Of a DNA stretch of 64,000 nt, positions 9,051 through 19,407 are shown piece after piece. Source of the DNA: Capsulimonadaceae bacterium (GTDB taxonomy: Bacteria > Armatimonadota > Armatimonadia > Armatimonadales > Capsulimonadaceae); the NCBI GenBank assembly GCA_965215505.1, contig OZ244065.1, positions 448,001 through 512,000 on the forward strand, read 5' to 3'. The position numbers were made by a program, and so were the translations under genes. Below the pieces are notes generated by a model. It saw only the letters and a program-made list of their open reading frames with translations. It did not search any database and was not told where the DNA came from. Position 1 is the stretch's first letter. Every line of letters starts with the position of its first letter.

Positions 9051-9362
9051 ATGTCTGTCACACTGGAACAGGACCACGACCTGGAAACCCGGCGTGATGC
9101 CCGGTTCAACTGCCGCACAACCCCCACCAACTTGCTGGTACTGAAGAAAGCGGCTTCCCTGGCGGGTCTATCGGTTTCGCAGTTCGTAATGAATGCTTCT
9201 CTGGACGCCGCTTACGACTTGATCCAAAACCGGCATCACACCCTACTGAGCCAGCAGGATTGGGCGGTCTTGACCGGGATTGGGGAAAACCCGTCTGCAC
9301 CGACTGAGGCCATGCAGGAACTCGCCGCCCAGCATCGCGCCCGGATGGGAAAGACTCGTTGA
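9051..9362 (+). CDS. DUF1778 (TacA/AtaR-like) RHH antitoxin
   Basis: RDARFNCR..LKKAASLAGLSVSQFV..A...LSQQDW..L..P pattern. Overlaps the GNAT gene. Confidence 0.85.
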   Translation: MSVTLEQDHDLETRRDARFNCRTTPTNLLVLKKAASLAGLSVSQFVMNASLDAAYDLIQNRHHTLLSQQDWAVLTGIGENPSAPTEAMQELAAQHRARMGKTR

Positions 9363-9856
9363 TCCGCGAACTCCTGAGTGAGAAGCTCCAACGCCGCAAG
9401 TTCCGCTGTGAGAGCGATGCCTTGACCGTTTACCTGCGTGCCCATGCCCTCAAGAACGACCGGGAAAACCTGAGCCGGACGCATGTCGTGGTGGAAAGTC
9501 CGGGAGACACCCGCATCATGGGCTACATGACCCTGGCGAACGGAGCGGTGTCCCCGGAAATCATCCCCGCAAGCGGTCCGCCTTCCTACTCACGCGGCAC
9601 CCTGATTCTGGCGCGGCTGGCCCGCGACCTGGAGTTTCGCGCCGCTGGAGTGGGTCCGTTCCTGATGGCCAAGGCTTTGTCTGGTGCTCTGCGTCACGCC
9701 GCCGACTCCGGCATCTTTGCAGTGGAGGTGATCGCTAAAGACGAGAAGGCACGAGCCTTCTACCAACGCTATGGCTTCCGACCGCTCATTGATGACCAGT
9801 TGCACCTTTATTTACCCATCGCCGCGATCCCGGATGAGTTCCGACTCCAATCGTAG
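9359..9856 (+). CDS. GNAT acetyltransferase toxin (TacT/AtaT-like)
   Basis: FRCESDALTVYL, IMGYMTL, LARLARD..FRAAGVG, AKDEKARAFYQRYGF. Confidence 0.87.
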   Translation: MIRELLSEKLQRRKFRCESDALTVYLRAHALKNDRENLSRTHVVVESPGDTRIMGYMTLANGAVSPEIIPASGPPSYSRGTLILARLARDLEFRAAGVGPFLMAKALSGALRHAADSGIFAVEVIAKDEKARAFYQRYGFRPLIDDQLHLYLPIAAIPDEFRLQS

Positions 9857-9867
9857 GAGATGGCATT

Positions 9868-10266
9868 TTGAAAGCAGACAAGGCACTGACGATCACACTG
9901 GCCCCACAAGTCGAAACGCGCCTGCGCCGGAAGGCGGCGCGGCCGGGACAGGAAGCGGTCGCACAGGCCGAGACGTTCCTCTGGGATGCCCTTGCGGACG
10001 AGATGCCCAAGGGGGAAACGGTTGAGGAGGCATCGGCGGGGGAACTACGCGCGGAATATCATCATCTTATCGGCCTGGAACTGTGGGAGACGCTCTCCGA
10101 CACACAGGCAGCCCGTCTGCGGCAGGTGACGCAACAGCTTGATGACCTGGACATGCACAGCCCGGCGGCACAAGCCATGTCTCTGAGAATGGATGAGACA
10201 GGCCGCAAACTCGACGAGATGCTGGCGATCCTCCGAGGCTTGCCTCTAGGCGAGCCGACGCCATGA
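9868..10266 (+). CDS. Hypothetical protein with RHH/antitoxin-like N-terminus
   Basis: TTG after AGGAG. LTITLAPQVETRLRRKAAR motif. ATGA-coupled to the HNH gene. Confidence 0.6.
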   Translation: MKADKALTITLAPQVETRLRRKAARPGQEAVAQAETFLWDALADEMPKGETVEEASAGELRAEYHHLIGLELWETLSDTQAARLRQVTQQLDDLDMHSPAAQAMSLRMDETGRKLDEMLAILRGLPLGEPTP

Positions 10267-10841
10267 TCTTCCGCCGCTCCCCCGATGTACCACGGTTTAA
10301 CGACTACCGCGCCTACCGGGACACCTCCCTGCGCCCGGATTTTGAGTATCGTTGCGCCTACTGCCTGACGCACGAGTTCTATTTCCTTCAAGGCGACGGC
10401 GGCGAGATTGACCACTTCCGCCCGCTGAACGCCAGTGGACACGACTTCTCACACCTCAAGAACGTCTACAGCAACCTCTACTGGACCTGCGGCCCGTGCA
10501 ACTCCGAGAAAAGCAACCTCTGGCCCAGCGATGCCGAATACGCCGAAGGCTTCCGGTTCTTGGCCCCCTGCTCGGAGGACCACGGCGACCACGGGACCAC
10601 CAACGCTGACGGCACGGTAACGGCCAAAACCAACACGGGCCGCTTCACCATCGGTTTCATCCGGCTGGACCGTCAGCGGCTCAACAACCTGCGGCGTTTT
10701 CTCCACGAATATTAGGAAAAAGTCACCGCACTCGAAGCAGAGTTGGAGCGGCGGGACTTGACGCCCGAGCAACGCGCGGCGCTATCAGCGCACTTGGCGG
10801 ATGTCAAGCCTCTGGTCGCCCCACACGTCTTCCAGCGATGA
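10263..10841 (+). pseudogene. HNH endonuclease, probably interrupted by an in-frame TAG at 10713-10715
   Basis: RCAYC, EIDHFRP, YSNLYWTCGPCNSEK. The frame continues for 41 codons (EKVTALEAELERR...) after the TAG. Confidence 0.7.
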
Positions 10842-10930
10842 ATCGAATCTGCTGGCCGCTAGCAGGGGCGAAGGCCAAGTCACCGCAAGTGGCCACGACC
10901 GGTTCCGCAATGGCAACTGAAAGGAAGAAA

Positions 10931-11110
10931 GTGGAGCAGAAACCGTACAAGCCTGACATGGCCGGCGAGCGCATCTACAACTACATCTTCATCGGGCTGG
11001 CTGTCGTCGTACTCCTGTATGTGTATTCGCTCACGTCCGACGTGAACGCCATGCACAAGCGGACCTACGGCCAGCAGAGGATCGAAGCCTCGGAACTCCC
11101 GAAGAAGTGA
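10931..11110 (+). CDS. Small single-pass membrane protein
   Basis: AAGGA before GTG. One TM helix (IFIGLAVVVLLYVYSL). An alternative ATG lies at 10910. Confidence 0.55.
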   Translation: MEQKPYKPDMAGERIYNYIFIGLAVVVLLYVYSLTSDVNAMHKRTYGQQRIEASELPKK

Positions 11111-11176
11111 GTCGTGGTAGATGGCCCTCGCAGGGTTTTTGCGGATGCGACTGCAAAAGACTGAAGCTCGTCCTCC

Positions 11177-11205
11177 TTGACTTCCCGCCGAAAGCATTGT
11201 AAAAT
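11177..11205 (+). promoter_or_regulatory. Sigma70 promoter
   Basis: TTGACT-N17-TAAAAT. Confidence 0.65.
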
Positions 11206-11258
11206 GTTAGGCGGAAAACGCTTTTAGCTACGGCAATAAACCCACGGTAGTAAGTTTA

Positions 11259-14087
11259 ATGTGGCAGGTTCAGCTCCTCGGCGGTTTCCAGGTCCGATAC
11301 GGAGACCACGTCGTTTCGCGGTTCAAGACGTACAAGACGGCGGCCCTACTGGCGCGGCTGGCCCTGTATCCCGAGCGGGAACACTCACGCGAGGAACTCG
11401 TCGGCCTGCTCTGGCCGGACGCCGACCCGGAGGACGGCCGCGGCAGCCTGCGGACCGCCCTGGCCGCGCTGCGGCGGCTGCTGGCCGCCCCCGCCGCGGG
11501 TCCCCCGGCTGGGATGGCGACTCCCCTGCTGGCGGACAGGCTCCAGATTCGGCTCTGCCCCGGCAGCGCCAGCGTGGATGTGGCCGAGTTCGAGGCGGCT
11601 GTGCGGGCGTCGGAACAGGTCGCCGGGCCGGAGCGGGCTGCGCGGCTGGCCGGGGCGCTGGGCTTGTATGCGGGCGACCTGCTGCCCAGCTACCACGAGG
11701 AATGGATACAGAGCGAGCGCGAGCGGCTGTCCCTGCTGTACCGGGCGGCTCTGCACCGCCTAGTCACCACCTGCGAGGAAGGCGGCGATCGTCCCCAGGC
11801 GCTCGAAGCCGCCCGGCGTGCGGCATCTCTGTTCCCCGCCGAAGAGGAGATCCAGCGGGACCTCATCCGTCTCTACGCGATGACGGGCCGCCCGGAAGAC
11901 GCCCGCCGCCAGTACCAGACGCTGGAGAGGGCGCTCCGGGAGGAGGGAAGCGATCCCCCCTCCCAGGCCACGCGCGCTCTGACCGCCGCCCCGCCGCCGG
12001 GCGAGGACGACGGGCAGGATGCAGATCTTCCCACCGTTCCGGCCTCCTTCCGCTCCCCTGCCTTACCTACCCCGCTCACGCGCTTCTTCGGGCGAACGGA
12101 GGAGACGGGCCGGATCGGCGAGCTGCTGCGCCGCCCTGACGTGCGCCTTGTGACGCTCACCGGGCCGGGCGGGGTGGGCAAGACCCGCCTCGCACTGGAA
12201 ACGGCGCGGCGGCTCGCCGGCTACTTCTCTGGTACGGTCCTGTTCGTCCCTCTGGCAAGTCTGTCGGATGGGAGCGGCTTCCTGGGGGCGTTGGCCGACG
12301 CTCTGCGCCTGCCGCTCAGGGCCGACCCGTCCCCGGCGGAGCAGATCGTGGCGGCGCTGGGCGAACGGTCGGCGCTGCTGGTCCTGGACAACATGGAGCA
12401 GATCGCCGAGAGCGCCGGGCCTTCGGTCGAAGGCCTGCTGACGCGCGCCCCCGGCCTGACCTGCCTGGTCACCTCGCGCCAGCGCCTCGACGTCCCCGGC
12501 GAGCGTGAGTTCCCCGTCCCCCCCCTGCCGACGCCGACCGACCCGGCGGAGGGCGATTCGCTCTCCGACCTCCCCAGCGTCCAGCTCTTCGTGGACCGGG
12601 CGCAGGCCGGCCTGCCCGACTTCCAGATCACGCCGCGCAACGCCCCCGCCGTCGCCGCCCTCTGCGAGCGCCTGGAGGGCCTCCCCCTCGCCCTGGAGCT
12701 TGCCGCCGGGTGGGCACAGACGCTCACGCCGGGCCAGATGCTGGAACGCCTGGAAGACCGATTCTCCCTGCTGGTCAGCCGCCGCAAAGGGGCGGTCCCC
12801 CGGCACCGGACTCTACGCGACGCCATCGAGTGGAGCCACCGCCTGCTGTCCCCCGAACTACAGCGTTTTTTCCTCCACCTCTCGGTGTTCCGTGGCGGCT
12901 GGAGCCTGGAGGCGGCGGAGGCGGTGTGCGAGGAGCCGGAGGCACTGGAAATGCTCTCGCGACTGCGGGCGCGCTCGCTGCTGGTGACGGACGAGGAAGG
13001 CGACGTCATGCGCTTCCGGATGCTGGAGAGCCTGCGCGAGTTCGCCGAGGACCGACTGGCGGAGGACCCGGACACCCGCGCCCACCTCCTGCGCCGTCAC
13101 AGCCACTACTTCTTGCAGCTCGCCGGCCAGGCCCAGGGGAGGCTCGCCGGGCCGGATCAGGCCAGGTGGCTCGACCTCCTGGAAGCGGAACACGCGAACG
13201 TGCGGGCCGCCCTGGACTGGTGCCTGGCGGAGCCGGCGAACACCGACGACGGCATCCGCCTTGTTTCCCTCTTGGGGCGCTACTGGTACATGCGGGGGCA
13301 CTGGCGCGAGCAGCGGCAGGTGCTGGAGGCGCTGCTTGCCCGCCCCGGCGCGGGCGCGGAATCGCGGGCGATGGCCCTCTACCAGCTCGGCGACGCCTGT
13401 CGCTACCTCGGCGATATGCCGGCATCCCGAGACGCTTTTGGCGAGAGTCTGGCTTGGTGCGAGCGTTCAGGCGACGTGGCGGGCGCGGCGCAATGTCTTC
13501 GGTCGCTCGGCCAGCTCGCCCAGGAGCGGGGCGACCGTGGGGGCGCGCGCTCCTACTTCGAGCGGGTGCTGTCCCTCAGCCGAATCGTCGGCGAACTCCC
13601 CGGCATCGCCGACGCGCTCCACAACCTGGGCCGACTGGTTCAGGATCAGGGCGACACCGAGGCCGCCGCTGCCCTCTATCTGGAAAGTCTCGCGCTCGCG
13701 CGGCAGGCGGGCGACGAGGCCGGCGCGGCCTCCGTACTCACCGAGTTGGCGATGGCTGCGGCCCAGGCGGGGAACCACGACGAGGCGCGGGCGCTGCTGG
13801 AAGAGCGGCTCGTCACGCTGAGACGCATGGAGGACCGGAGCGGGGTCGCCAACACCCTGCTCAACCTCAGCCGCCTCGAACAGACGCGGGGCGAGACGGC
13901 CCAGGCGTTGTCACTGGCGGAGGAGGGCCTGTCGGTCTACCGCGCCCTGGGCTATCAGGAAGCGCTGGCCGACGCGCTGGAACATCTGAGTGAGGTCGCC
14001 CGTTCGCGCGGGGATGGTCCGCGCGCCGAGGCCGCCTTTCAGGAAAGCCAGGAAATCAAGCGGCGGCTGGCGGGTGGTGGTGCCTGA
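11259..14087 (+). CDS. AfsR/SARP-family regulator (wHTH-BTAD-NTPase-TPR)
   Basis: [14 protein letters not shown] helices, [30 protein letters not shown]-terminal TPRs. Confidence 0.9.
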   Translation: MWQVQLLGGFQVRYGDHVVSRFKTYKTAALLARLALYPEREHSREELVGLLWPDADPEDGRGSLRTALAALRRLLAAPAAGPPAGMATPLLADRLQIRLCPGSASVDVAEFEAAVRASEQVAGPERAARLAGALGLYAGDLLPSYHEEWIQSERERLSLLYRAALHRLVTTCEEGGDRPQALEAARRAASLFPAEEEIQRDLIRLYAMTGRPEDARRQYQTLERALREEGSDPPSQATRALTAAPPPGEDDGQDADLPTVPASFRSPALPTPLTRFFGRTEETGRIGELLRRPDVRLVTLTGPGGVGKTRLALETARRLAGYFSGTVLFVPLASLSDGSGFLGALADALRLPLRADPSPAEQIVAALGERSALLVLDNMEQIAESAGPSVEGLLTRAPGLTCLVTSRQRLDVPGEREFPVPPLPTPTDPAEGDSLSDLPSVQLFVDRAQAGLPDFQITPRNAPAVAALCERLEGLPLALELAAGWAQTLTPGQMLERLEDRFSLLVSRRKGAVPRHRTLRDAIEWSHRLLSPELQRFFLHLSVFRGGWSLEAAEAVCEEPEALEMLSRLRARSLLVTDEEGDVMRFRMLESLREFAEDRLAEDPDTRAHLLRRHSHYFLQLAGQAQGRLAGPDQARWLDLLEAEHANVRAALDWCLAEPANTDDGIRLVSLLGRYWYMRGHWREQRQVLEALLARPGAGAESRAMALYQLGDACRYLGDMPASRDAFGESLAWCERSGDVAGAAQCLRSLGQLAQERGDRGGARSYFERVLSLSRIVGELPGIADALHNLGRLVQDQGDTEAAAALYLESLALARQAGDEAGAASVLTELAMAAAQAGNHDEARALLEERLVTLRRMEDRSGVANTLLNLSRLEQTRGETAQALSLAEEGLSVYRALGYQEALADALEHLSEVARSRGDGPRAEAAFQESQEIKRRLAGGGA

Positions 14088-14170
14088 CAGGGCGGACAAA
14101 ACGCCGGCCCCCTCCCATTCGCGAATGCGCCCGGAATTGGTATAATGATTCCTAGGATGCCACGCACGTC

Positions 14171-15352
14171 ATGAGTTCCGACCGCTTTCAATTCCTGGAG
14201 TTCGGCGAAGACGAAGACCCGGCCCCCGGCCGGCCCGTGTGGGAGGACGCCCCCGCCCCGATCCAGCGCGAACTCACGGGGGAGCGGTTGGCGGACGGGA
14301 CTCGGCTGGCCGAGGTGCGCCTGACGGACCCGCGCGGCTACCGACTCTCCGAACACGCGGAGGAGGACGAGGAGGAGGGCTTCGCCACCCTGAGTTCTCG
14401 GGCCGCCCCGCCGCCGGTCAAGCCGCCCCGCCTGCGCGTCGCCGAAGTGCTGGGCGCGCGCGGGGGCGGGGCGGGGGAGTTCGGGTATCCCGCCGGTATG
14501 GCCGTGGACGGCGGCGGCGTGCTGTTCATCGCCGACTCCTCCCACCACCGCTTGCAGCGCATCACCCCCGACGGCGATGTCGCCGTGATTGGCGGCAAGG
14601 GGACGGGGCGGGGGCAGTTCACATCCCCGCAGGGTGTCGCCACCGACGAGCAGGACTCGTTCTACGTCGTCGAGCAGGGGAATTGCCGGGTGCAAAAGTT
14701 CACGCGCGAGGGCGTCATCGCCCTGGTCTTCGGCCGCCCTGGCAAGGGCGAGGGCGAGATGAACGGCCCGACGGCCATCGCCGTCTCGCCGGGCACCGGC
14801 GACATCTTCGTCTCGGACACCGGTAACAGCCGCATCCAGCGTTTCAGCTACGAGGGCCGTTTCCTGGGCCTCCTCGGCGCGTCCGGCCTGTACGGGCCGG
14901 GCCTGAACAGCCCGCAGGCCCTGGCCGCCGCGCCGGGCGGCGGCCTGTACGCGGCGGAGACGTTCGCGGGGCGGCTGGTCGGCTTCGACCCGATGGGCCG
15001 GCCCGCCCGCCAGATCGGCGGGACGCGGACGCGCGCCTCCGGCAATGAGCTGATCCCCCTGTCGCTGCACCAGCCCCGCGCGCTGGCCCTGGACAAGACC
15101 GGCCTGCTGTATGTCGCCGACGCGGGCGAGCCGGACTCCATCACGGGCGAGACGCGCGGGCGAGTCCGGTGCCTGTCGCTTGCCGACGGCAGCGTCCTCG
15201 CCACCGTGGAGAAGCTGGGCCGCTCGCTCGGCGGCCTGCTGCGCCCCGGCGGCCTGGCCGTCAGCCCCGCCCCGTCCGGCAGCCCGGCGCGCGGGGACCT
15301 GTACGTCGCCGACACCATGAACCACCGCATCCTGCGCTTCGTCTGGAGCTGA
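14171..15352 (+). CDS. NHL-repeat beta-propeller protein
   Basis: Repeated P.G.A.D..G..Y.AD..N.RIQ.F units. Confidence 0.88.
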   Translation: MSSDRFQFLEFGEDEDPAPGRPVWEDAPAPIQRELTGERLADGTRLAEVRLTDPRGYRLSEHAEEDEEEGFATLSSRAAPPPVKPPRLRVAEVLGARGGGAGEFGYPAGMAVDGGGVLFIADSSHHRLQRITPDGDVAVIGGKGTGRGQFTSPQGVATDEQDSFYVVEQGNCRVQKFTREGVIALVFGRPGKGEGEMNGPTAIAVSPGTGDIFVSDTGNSRIQRFSYEGRFLGLLGASGLYGPGLNSPQALAAAPGGGLYAAETFAGRLVGFDPMGRPARQIGGTRTRASGNELIPLSLHQPRALALDKTGLLYVADAGEPDSITGETRGRVRCLSLADGSVLATVEKLGRSLGGLLRPGGLAVSPAPSGSPARGDLYVADTMNHRILRFVWS

Positions 15353-15355
15353 CCC

Positions 15356-15751
15356 GTGGCGATCTTCCTGAAACATTTTACGCTGGCCGAAGCCCGTGCG
15401 GCCCTGCCCGCCTTGCGCCGCCGCCTGCTCCGCATCGGCGAGGTGCTGGCCGAGGCCCGGCGTGCCACGGACGCGCCCGGCGCGGAGCAGGTCGTGATCC
15501 TGCGCGGCAACGGCAAGGGGCCGATCGTCTCCGGCGCGGGCCGCTGGAAGGGGGAGGCCCAGCGCCTGATCGAAGAGATCGCCGACGAGGGTATCCAGAT
15601 CAAAGACCTGGAACGTGGGCTGGTGGACTTCCCGCATTTTCTGGGCGGCGACCCCGCCCGCGAGGTCTTCCTCTGCTGGCACCTGGGGGAAGACACGATT
15701 GAGTACTGGCACGAGATTGACGCCGGCATCGCCGGGCGAAATCCTCTCTGA
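15356..15751 (+). CDS. DUF2203-family protein
   Basis: FTLAEARAALP N-terminus. IKDLERGLVDFP..VFLCWHLGE..WHE..GIAGR.PL. Confidence 0.85.
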   Translation: MAIFLKHFTLAEARAALPALRRRLLRIGEVLAEARRATDAPGAEQVVILRGNGKGPIVSGAGRWKGEAQRLIEEIADEGIQIKDLERGLVDFPHFLGGDPAREVFLCWHLGEDTIEYWHEIDAGIAGRNPL

Positions 15752-16808
15752 CGTAACCCTCTCTGAGCAGATCAAGGCCGAAGCCGCCCGGCTCGGCTTC
15801 GCGCTGTGCGGCGTCACGACAGCCGACCCGCCGCCCCACCACCGCCACTACGCTCGCTGGCTCGCCGAGGGCAAGGCGGGCGAGATGCTGTACCTTCACC
15901 GCCAGGAGCCGAAGCGCGGCGACTTGTCCCTCGTCCTAACTGGCGTCCGTTCGGTCGTCTGCGTCGCCTTCAATTATTCGCCGGAGGATGGGATGGCCCC
16001 CGCCTCATCACGGACCGCTGGAACCGTCGCCCGGTACGCCCGCTTTGACGACTACCACGACCTGCTCTGGGAACGCCTCAGCGCCCTGCTCGCCTTCATT
16101 CAGGCGCAGGCCCCGGAAGCCGGCGGCAAGGTCTACTGCGACACCGGCCCCATCACCGAGCGCGACCTCGCCATGCGGGCGGGCCTGGGCTGGATCGGCA
16201 AGCACACCAACCTGCTCTCCCGGCATTTGGGGAACTGGTTCTTCCTGGGCGAAATCCTCCTGGACATCGCCCTGCCGCCCGACGTGCCCGAAACCACCCA
16301 CTGCGGCACCTGCACCCGCTGCCTCCCCGCCTGCCCGACGGGGGCGATCACCGCCCCCTACGAACTTGACGCCCGCCGCTGCATCTCCTACCTGACTATC
16401 GAGCTGAAGGGAAGTATCCCCGTCGAGCTGCGCCCGCTCATCGGGGCGCGCATCTACGGTTGTGACGACTGCCTCGCCGCCTGCCCCTGGAACAAGTTCG
16501 CCGTCCGCTCAGGCGACCCGGCCGTCGCCCCCCGCGCCGACCTGACGACGCCCGACCTCCTGACCCTGCTGGCCCTGGACGACGCGGGCTTCCGCGAGCA
16601 GTTCCGAAACAGCCCCATCAGGCGCACCAAGCGGCGCGGCCTGCTGCGGAACGTCTGCGTCGCCCTGGGCAACCTCGGCGACCCGCGCGCCCTGCCGGCG
16701 CTGAAGCGGGCCGTCGAACACGATCCGGAGCCGCTGGTGCGCGAACACGCGGCTTGGGCCGTCGAGACGATCCGGCAACTAGAGGGGAACGCGCATGGAG
16801 TTTCTTGA
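15699..16808 (+). CDS. queG: Epoxyqueuosine reductase
   Basis: VARYA..DYH, DTGPITERDLA..AGLGWIGK, CGTCTRCLPACPT, CISYLTIE, YGCDDCLAACPWN, HEAT tail. Start codon uncertain. Confidence 0.93.
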   Translation: MSTGTRLTPASPGEILSDVTLSEQIKAEAARLGFALCGVTTADPPPHHRHYARWLAEGKAGEMLYLHRQEPKRGDLSLVLTGVRSVVCVAFNYSPEDGMAPASSRTAGTVARYARFDDYHDLLWERLSALLAFIQAQAPEAGGKVYCDTGPITERDLAMRAGLGWIGKHTNLLSRHLGNWFFLGEILLDIALPPDVPETTHCGTCTRCLPACPTGAITAPYELDARRCISYLTIELKGSIPVELRPLIGARIYGCDDCLAACPWNKFAVRSGDPAVAPRADLTTPDLLTLLALDDAGFREQFRNSPIRRTKRRGLLRNVCVALGNLGDPRALPALKRAVEHDPEPLVREHAAWAVETIRQLEGNAHGVS

Positions 16809-17505
16809 GGCCTACAGCGGCGGCCTGCGCTCGCCGCTGCTCCAGTTCGAGAAGGCGGGCCAAGCCGTCATCTTCCGCCTCTTCCCAACGATCCACATCG
16901 GCGATCCGGTGTACTATGCCTCGATTCTCGCGCATCTGGCCGACTGTGACCGGGTGTTGTATGAGTTCACCGAGACGTTCGAGCTTGGGCCGCGCGACCA
17001 CGACGGCCACCGGATCGTGGCCCGGCGGCTGGGACTGGTGAGCCAGCTCGATGCGGTTGACTACGAGTGCGTCCCCGCGACATGGGTCCTGGCCGACATG
17101 ACACGCGGCCATATGGAACAGGCCATCGCCGCCCTGCCGTCCTGGTGGGATCGGGCGCAGTTCACCGCGCGTGGGCAGGCCGTCCTGTCCCGGCTGATCG
17201 CCCTCCTGTCCCTCCCCACGCGGCAGGAGATCGCGGCGGTCTGCGACATGAGCCAGACGCTTTACGAAGACCTCCTCGCCCTCACCCCGCTCGAAGTCCT
17301 CATCATGGACGACCGGAACCGCGTGCTGTTCAACGCCATCAAGCGGTTCCACACCATTCCGCTGACCGATGCCAGCCAGCCCTTCATCGTCGGCGTCTTC
17401 TACGGGGCCGCGCACATGCCCGCCGTCGCCTCCTACCTCACCACCCACCTCGGCTATTTCTGCCGCACCGCCGAGTGGATCGAGCCGGACGTGTTCCAAT
17501 GGTAG
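16795..17505 (+). CDS. TraB/GumN-like hypothetical protein
   Basis: IHIGD..YY, VLYE, LGLVSQLD, DDRN, FYGAAHM motifs. Confidence 0.6.
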   Translation: MEFLEAYSGGLRSPLLQFEKAGQAVIFRLFPTIHIGDPVYYASILAHLADCDRVLYEFTETFELGPRDHDGHRIVARRLGLVSQLDAVDYECVPATWVLADMTRGHMEQAIAALPSWWDRAQFTARGQAVLSRLIALLSLPTRQEIAAVCDMSQTLYEDLLALTPLEVLIMDDRNRVLFNAIKRFHTIPLTDASQPFIVGVFYGAAHMPAVASYLTTHLGYFCRTAEWIEPDVFQW

Positions 17506-17513
17506 CCGAAATA

Positions 17514-18221
17514 TCAGACGAGGCGGCGGGTGTTTAGTCGCCGTGCCCACCGGCCTCCAAATGCTGCCGAGGCGCAGGCTATCGGCAGCCAGAAGAATGC
17601 CAACAGCACGACCGCATCAAGGCACCGGATGACGGGACTCTGATCCGGCAGAAGCCTCCCTGCAAGCCAAGTCAGTGCGCTGAGGCCGACGATCTCCACC
17701 GACAGCGCCGCAAACAGCCCCACACTGGGATGATGCGGCGCGCGGCGGCTCTGCGCCAGCCCGAGAGCGAGCGGGGACAGCATCACTACGCCAACAGAGT
17801 ACACGTTGAACAGTGTGCCGAGGAACGGGCCTCCAAGTTGGCTCTCGAACGCTAAAAAGCCGGCCAGAGCTATCGTCGCCGGAACCAATATCAGCGCCGG
17901 AAGTGACAGACGCAGGGCAGGCCGCGTGGCCTCCCAGACCTTGCGCGGTGTTAGCGTCCGCGGTGCCTGCGTCCACTCGCGCCGCCACTGGCGCGTGAAG
18001 TCCTCCGCGCCGCCGAACTGTTGCAGGGCTTCGGTGACGGCCTCGTCCTCGGTCTGCCCTAGCTCATGGTAGGCTTCGATGCGCGCCCACAGGTGTTCCC
18101 GAAGCTCGCGCCGAAGCTCCTCCCGATGGAACGGGGACAGGCGGCGGGCGAGCGGCGCGAGTATCTGGTCAAGATAGGCTTCCACCCGGCGCGGGCCGGA
18201 GGCGAGGGGATCGGGTTCCAT
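17514..18221 (-). CDS. Permease-prefix/HAAS-domain membrane protein (PadR partner)
   Basis: VEAYL..ELREHL..EAVTEALQQFG followed by four TM segments. Confidence 0.78.
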   Translation of the reverse strand: MEPDPLASGPRRVEAYLDQILAPLARRLSPFHREELRRELREHLWARIEAYHELGQTEDEAVTEALQQFGGAEDFTRQWRREWTQAPRTLTPRKVWEATRPALRLSLPALILVPATIALAGFLAFESQLGGPFLGTLFNVYSVGVVMLSPLALGLAQSRRAPHHPSVGLFAALSVEIVGLSALTWLAGRLLPDQSPVIRCLDAVVLLAFFWLPIACASAAFGGRWARRLNTRRLV

Positions 18222-18579
18222 GAGTCGGTTCTCCTTCCGAGATTTCAGGTGAGGGGGCGAGGACGCGCCCGACGGCGGCGACGAACTGGTGCCAGCCTTG
18301 GCTCCATTCGTCCAGCTTCTTTTCGCCCGCCGGGGTCAGCCGGTAGACCTTGCGCTCCCGGCCCCCGGCGGGCGTCTCCCAGGCGCTCGCGATCAGGCCG
18401 TCGCGCTCCAGGGCGTGCAGGGCCGGGTAGAGGGTGCCTTCGCGGAGCTGCAAGGCGTTCTCCGTGCGCCGCTCGATGGTCCGGGCCAGGCCATAGCCGT
18501 GCGCGGGGCCGTCGCGCAGGGTCGCCAGGAGGAGCAGGGCCAGGCCGCCTTTGAGATGTTCTTGCGCCGGGGTGTTCAT
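18169..18579 (-). CDS. PadR-family transcriptional regulator
   Basis: HGYGL, EGTLYPALHALERDG, RKVYRLTPAG. Confidence 0.92.
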   Translation of the reverse strand: MNTPAQEHLKGGLALLLLATLRDGPAHGYGLARTIERRTENALQLREGTLYPALHALERDGLIASAWETPAGGRERKVYRLTPAGEKKLDEWSQGWHQFVAAVGRVLAPSPEISEGEPTHGTRSPRLRPAPGGSLS

Positions 18580-18585
18580 GCCCAC

Positions 18586-18652
18586 ATTATACATAGGATT
18601 CCTAGGGGTGTCAAGGGCCGGATTGACTTCCCCTCTCTCTTTCGTTTATAAT
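18586..18652. promoter_or_regulatory. Divergent sigma70 promoters with a candidate PadR palindrome
   Basis: Minus strand: TTGACA-N17-TATAAT (18614-18586) with TAGGA-A-TCCTA in the spacer. Plus strand: TTGACT-N18-TATAAT (18623-18652). Confidence 0.8.
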
Positions 18653-18669
18653 GGCAGCAGAGTTTCGGA

Positions 18670-19014
18670 GTGGAGGCAGGGAAGCTGGCAGAAGAATGGG
18701 TAAGAGTGTATCACGGCAGCATCAATGACGCGTCTCAGATCCGCGCCAATGGTTTGGATGCCCTACGCCTTCCGGCCTGGATCACACGAGATTTCGCGGC
18801 GGCGCGTAACGCCATTGACCCACGCATCCGGGCAGACCGAATCACCGACACAGCGGTCATCGAAGCACTGATTCCGAAGGCTGAGTTTGAGGCGTTGTTA
18901 GCCCCGAACGAGCGGGAGTATTCAGGCTTTAACAGCGTACTGCCCGGTTCTTCAGAGATCGTTGTGCGGACGCCGGAGCAGGCGGCACTCTTTAACCGGC
19001 ATATCGTTAGATGA
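18670..19014 (+). CDS. Stand-alone ADP-ribosyltransferase-like toxin domain
   Basis: VYHGS...IRANGL, WIT.D..AA and EIVV motif order resembles H-Y-E ART toxins. AT-richer than the flanks. Confidence 0.45.
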   Translation: MEAGKLAEEWVRVYHGSINDASQIRANGLDALRLPAWITRDFAAARNAIDPRIRADRITDTAVIEALIPKAEFEALLAPNEREYSGFNSVLPGSSEIVVRTPEQAALFNRHIVR

Positions 19015-19018
19015 GCTT

Positions 19019-19396
19019 ATGAACACCGACATCAGTCTTCAGCAGATACTTCATGCCTTGAATGGCTTTTTGCCATCGGATCAGGCCCAAGTAGACACCG
19101 GTAACGTCGTCTTCGCATGGGAGAGCGATGTGGACTTCCAGACGAAGTCGCACCGCGCTGTGCCGCAGGCCTGCCTCGTCGCCCCTCAAGATTTCCCCGG
19201 CCCATTTGCGGGCTCGTTCGCGGTCGGGCCGGATTGGGTTAATGCCAGCGCAATCCCCCTCGGGGACGACCGCTTCCTGGTTACTATTGCTACCGGCCGG
19301 GGCGTCGGCAACCCACACCCGAGCATTAATGTCAGCCACGAGCTGGACGCGCGGGCGGCAATCATTGTTACGAGAGATTTAGTCACGGTCAGTTAA
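19019..19396 (+). CDS. Hypothetical protein, candidate immunity protein
   Basis: Starts 4 nt after the previous stop and shares its atypical composition. Confidence 0.5.
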   Translation: MNTDISLQQILHALNGFLPSDQAQVDTGNVVFAWESDVDFQTKSHRAVPQACLVAPQDFPGPFAGSFAVGPDWVNASAIPLGDDRFLVTIATGRGVGNPHPSINVSHELDARAAIIVTRDLVTVS

Positions 19397-19407
19397 GGAG
19401 ACAACAC

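Noticed and set aside
10713-10715. Pyrrolysine or recoded TAG
   Set aside because: Many intact genes here end in TAG and no pyl genes are visible. A nonsense mutation is simpler.
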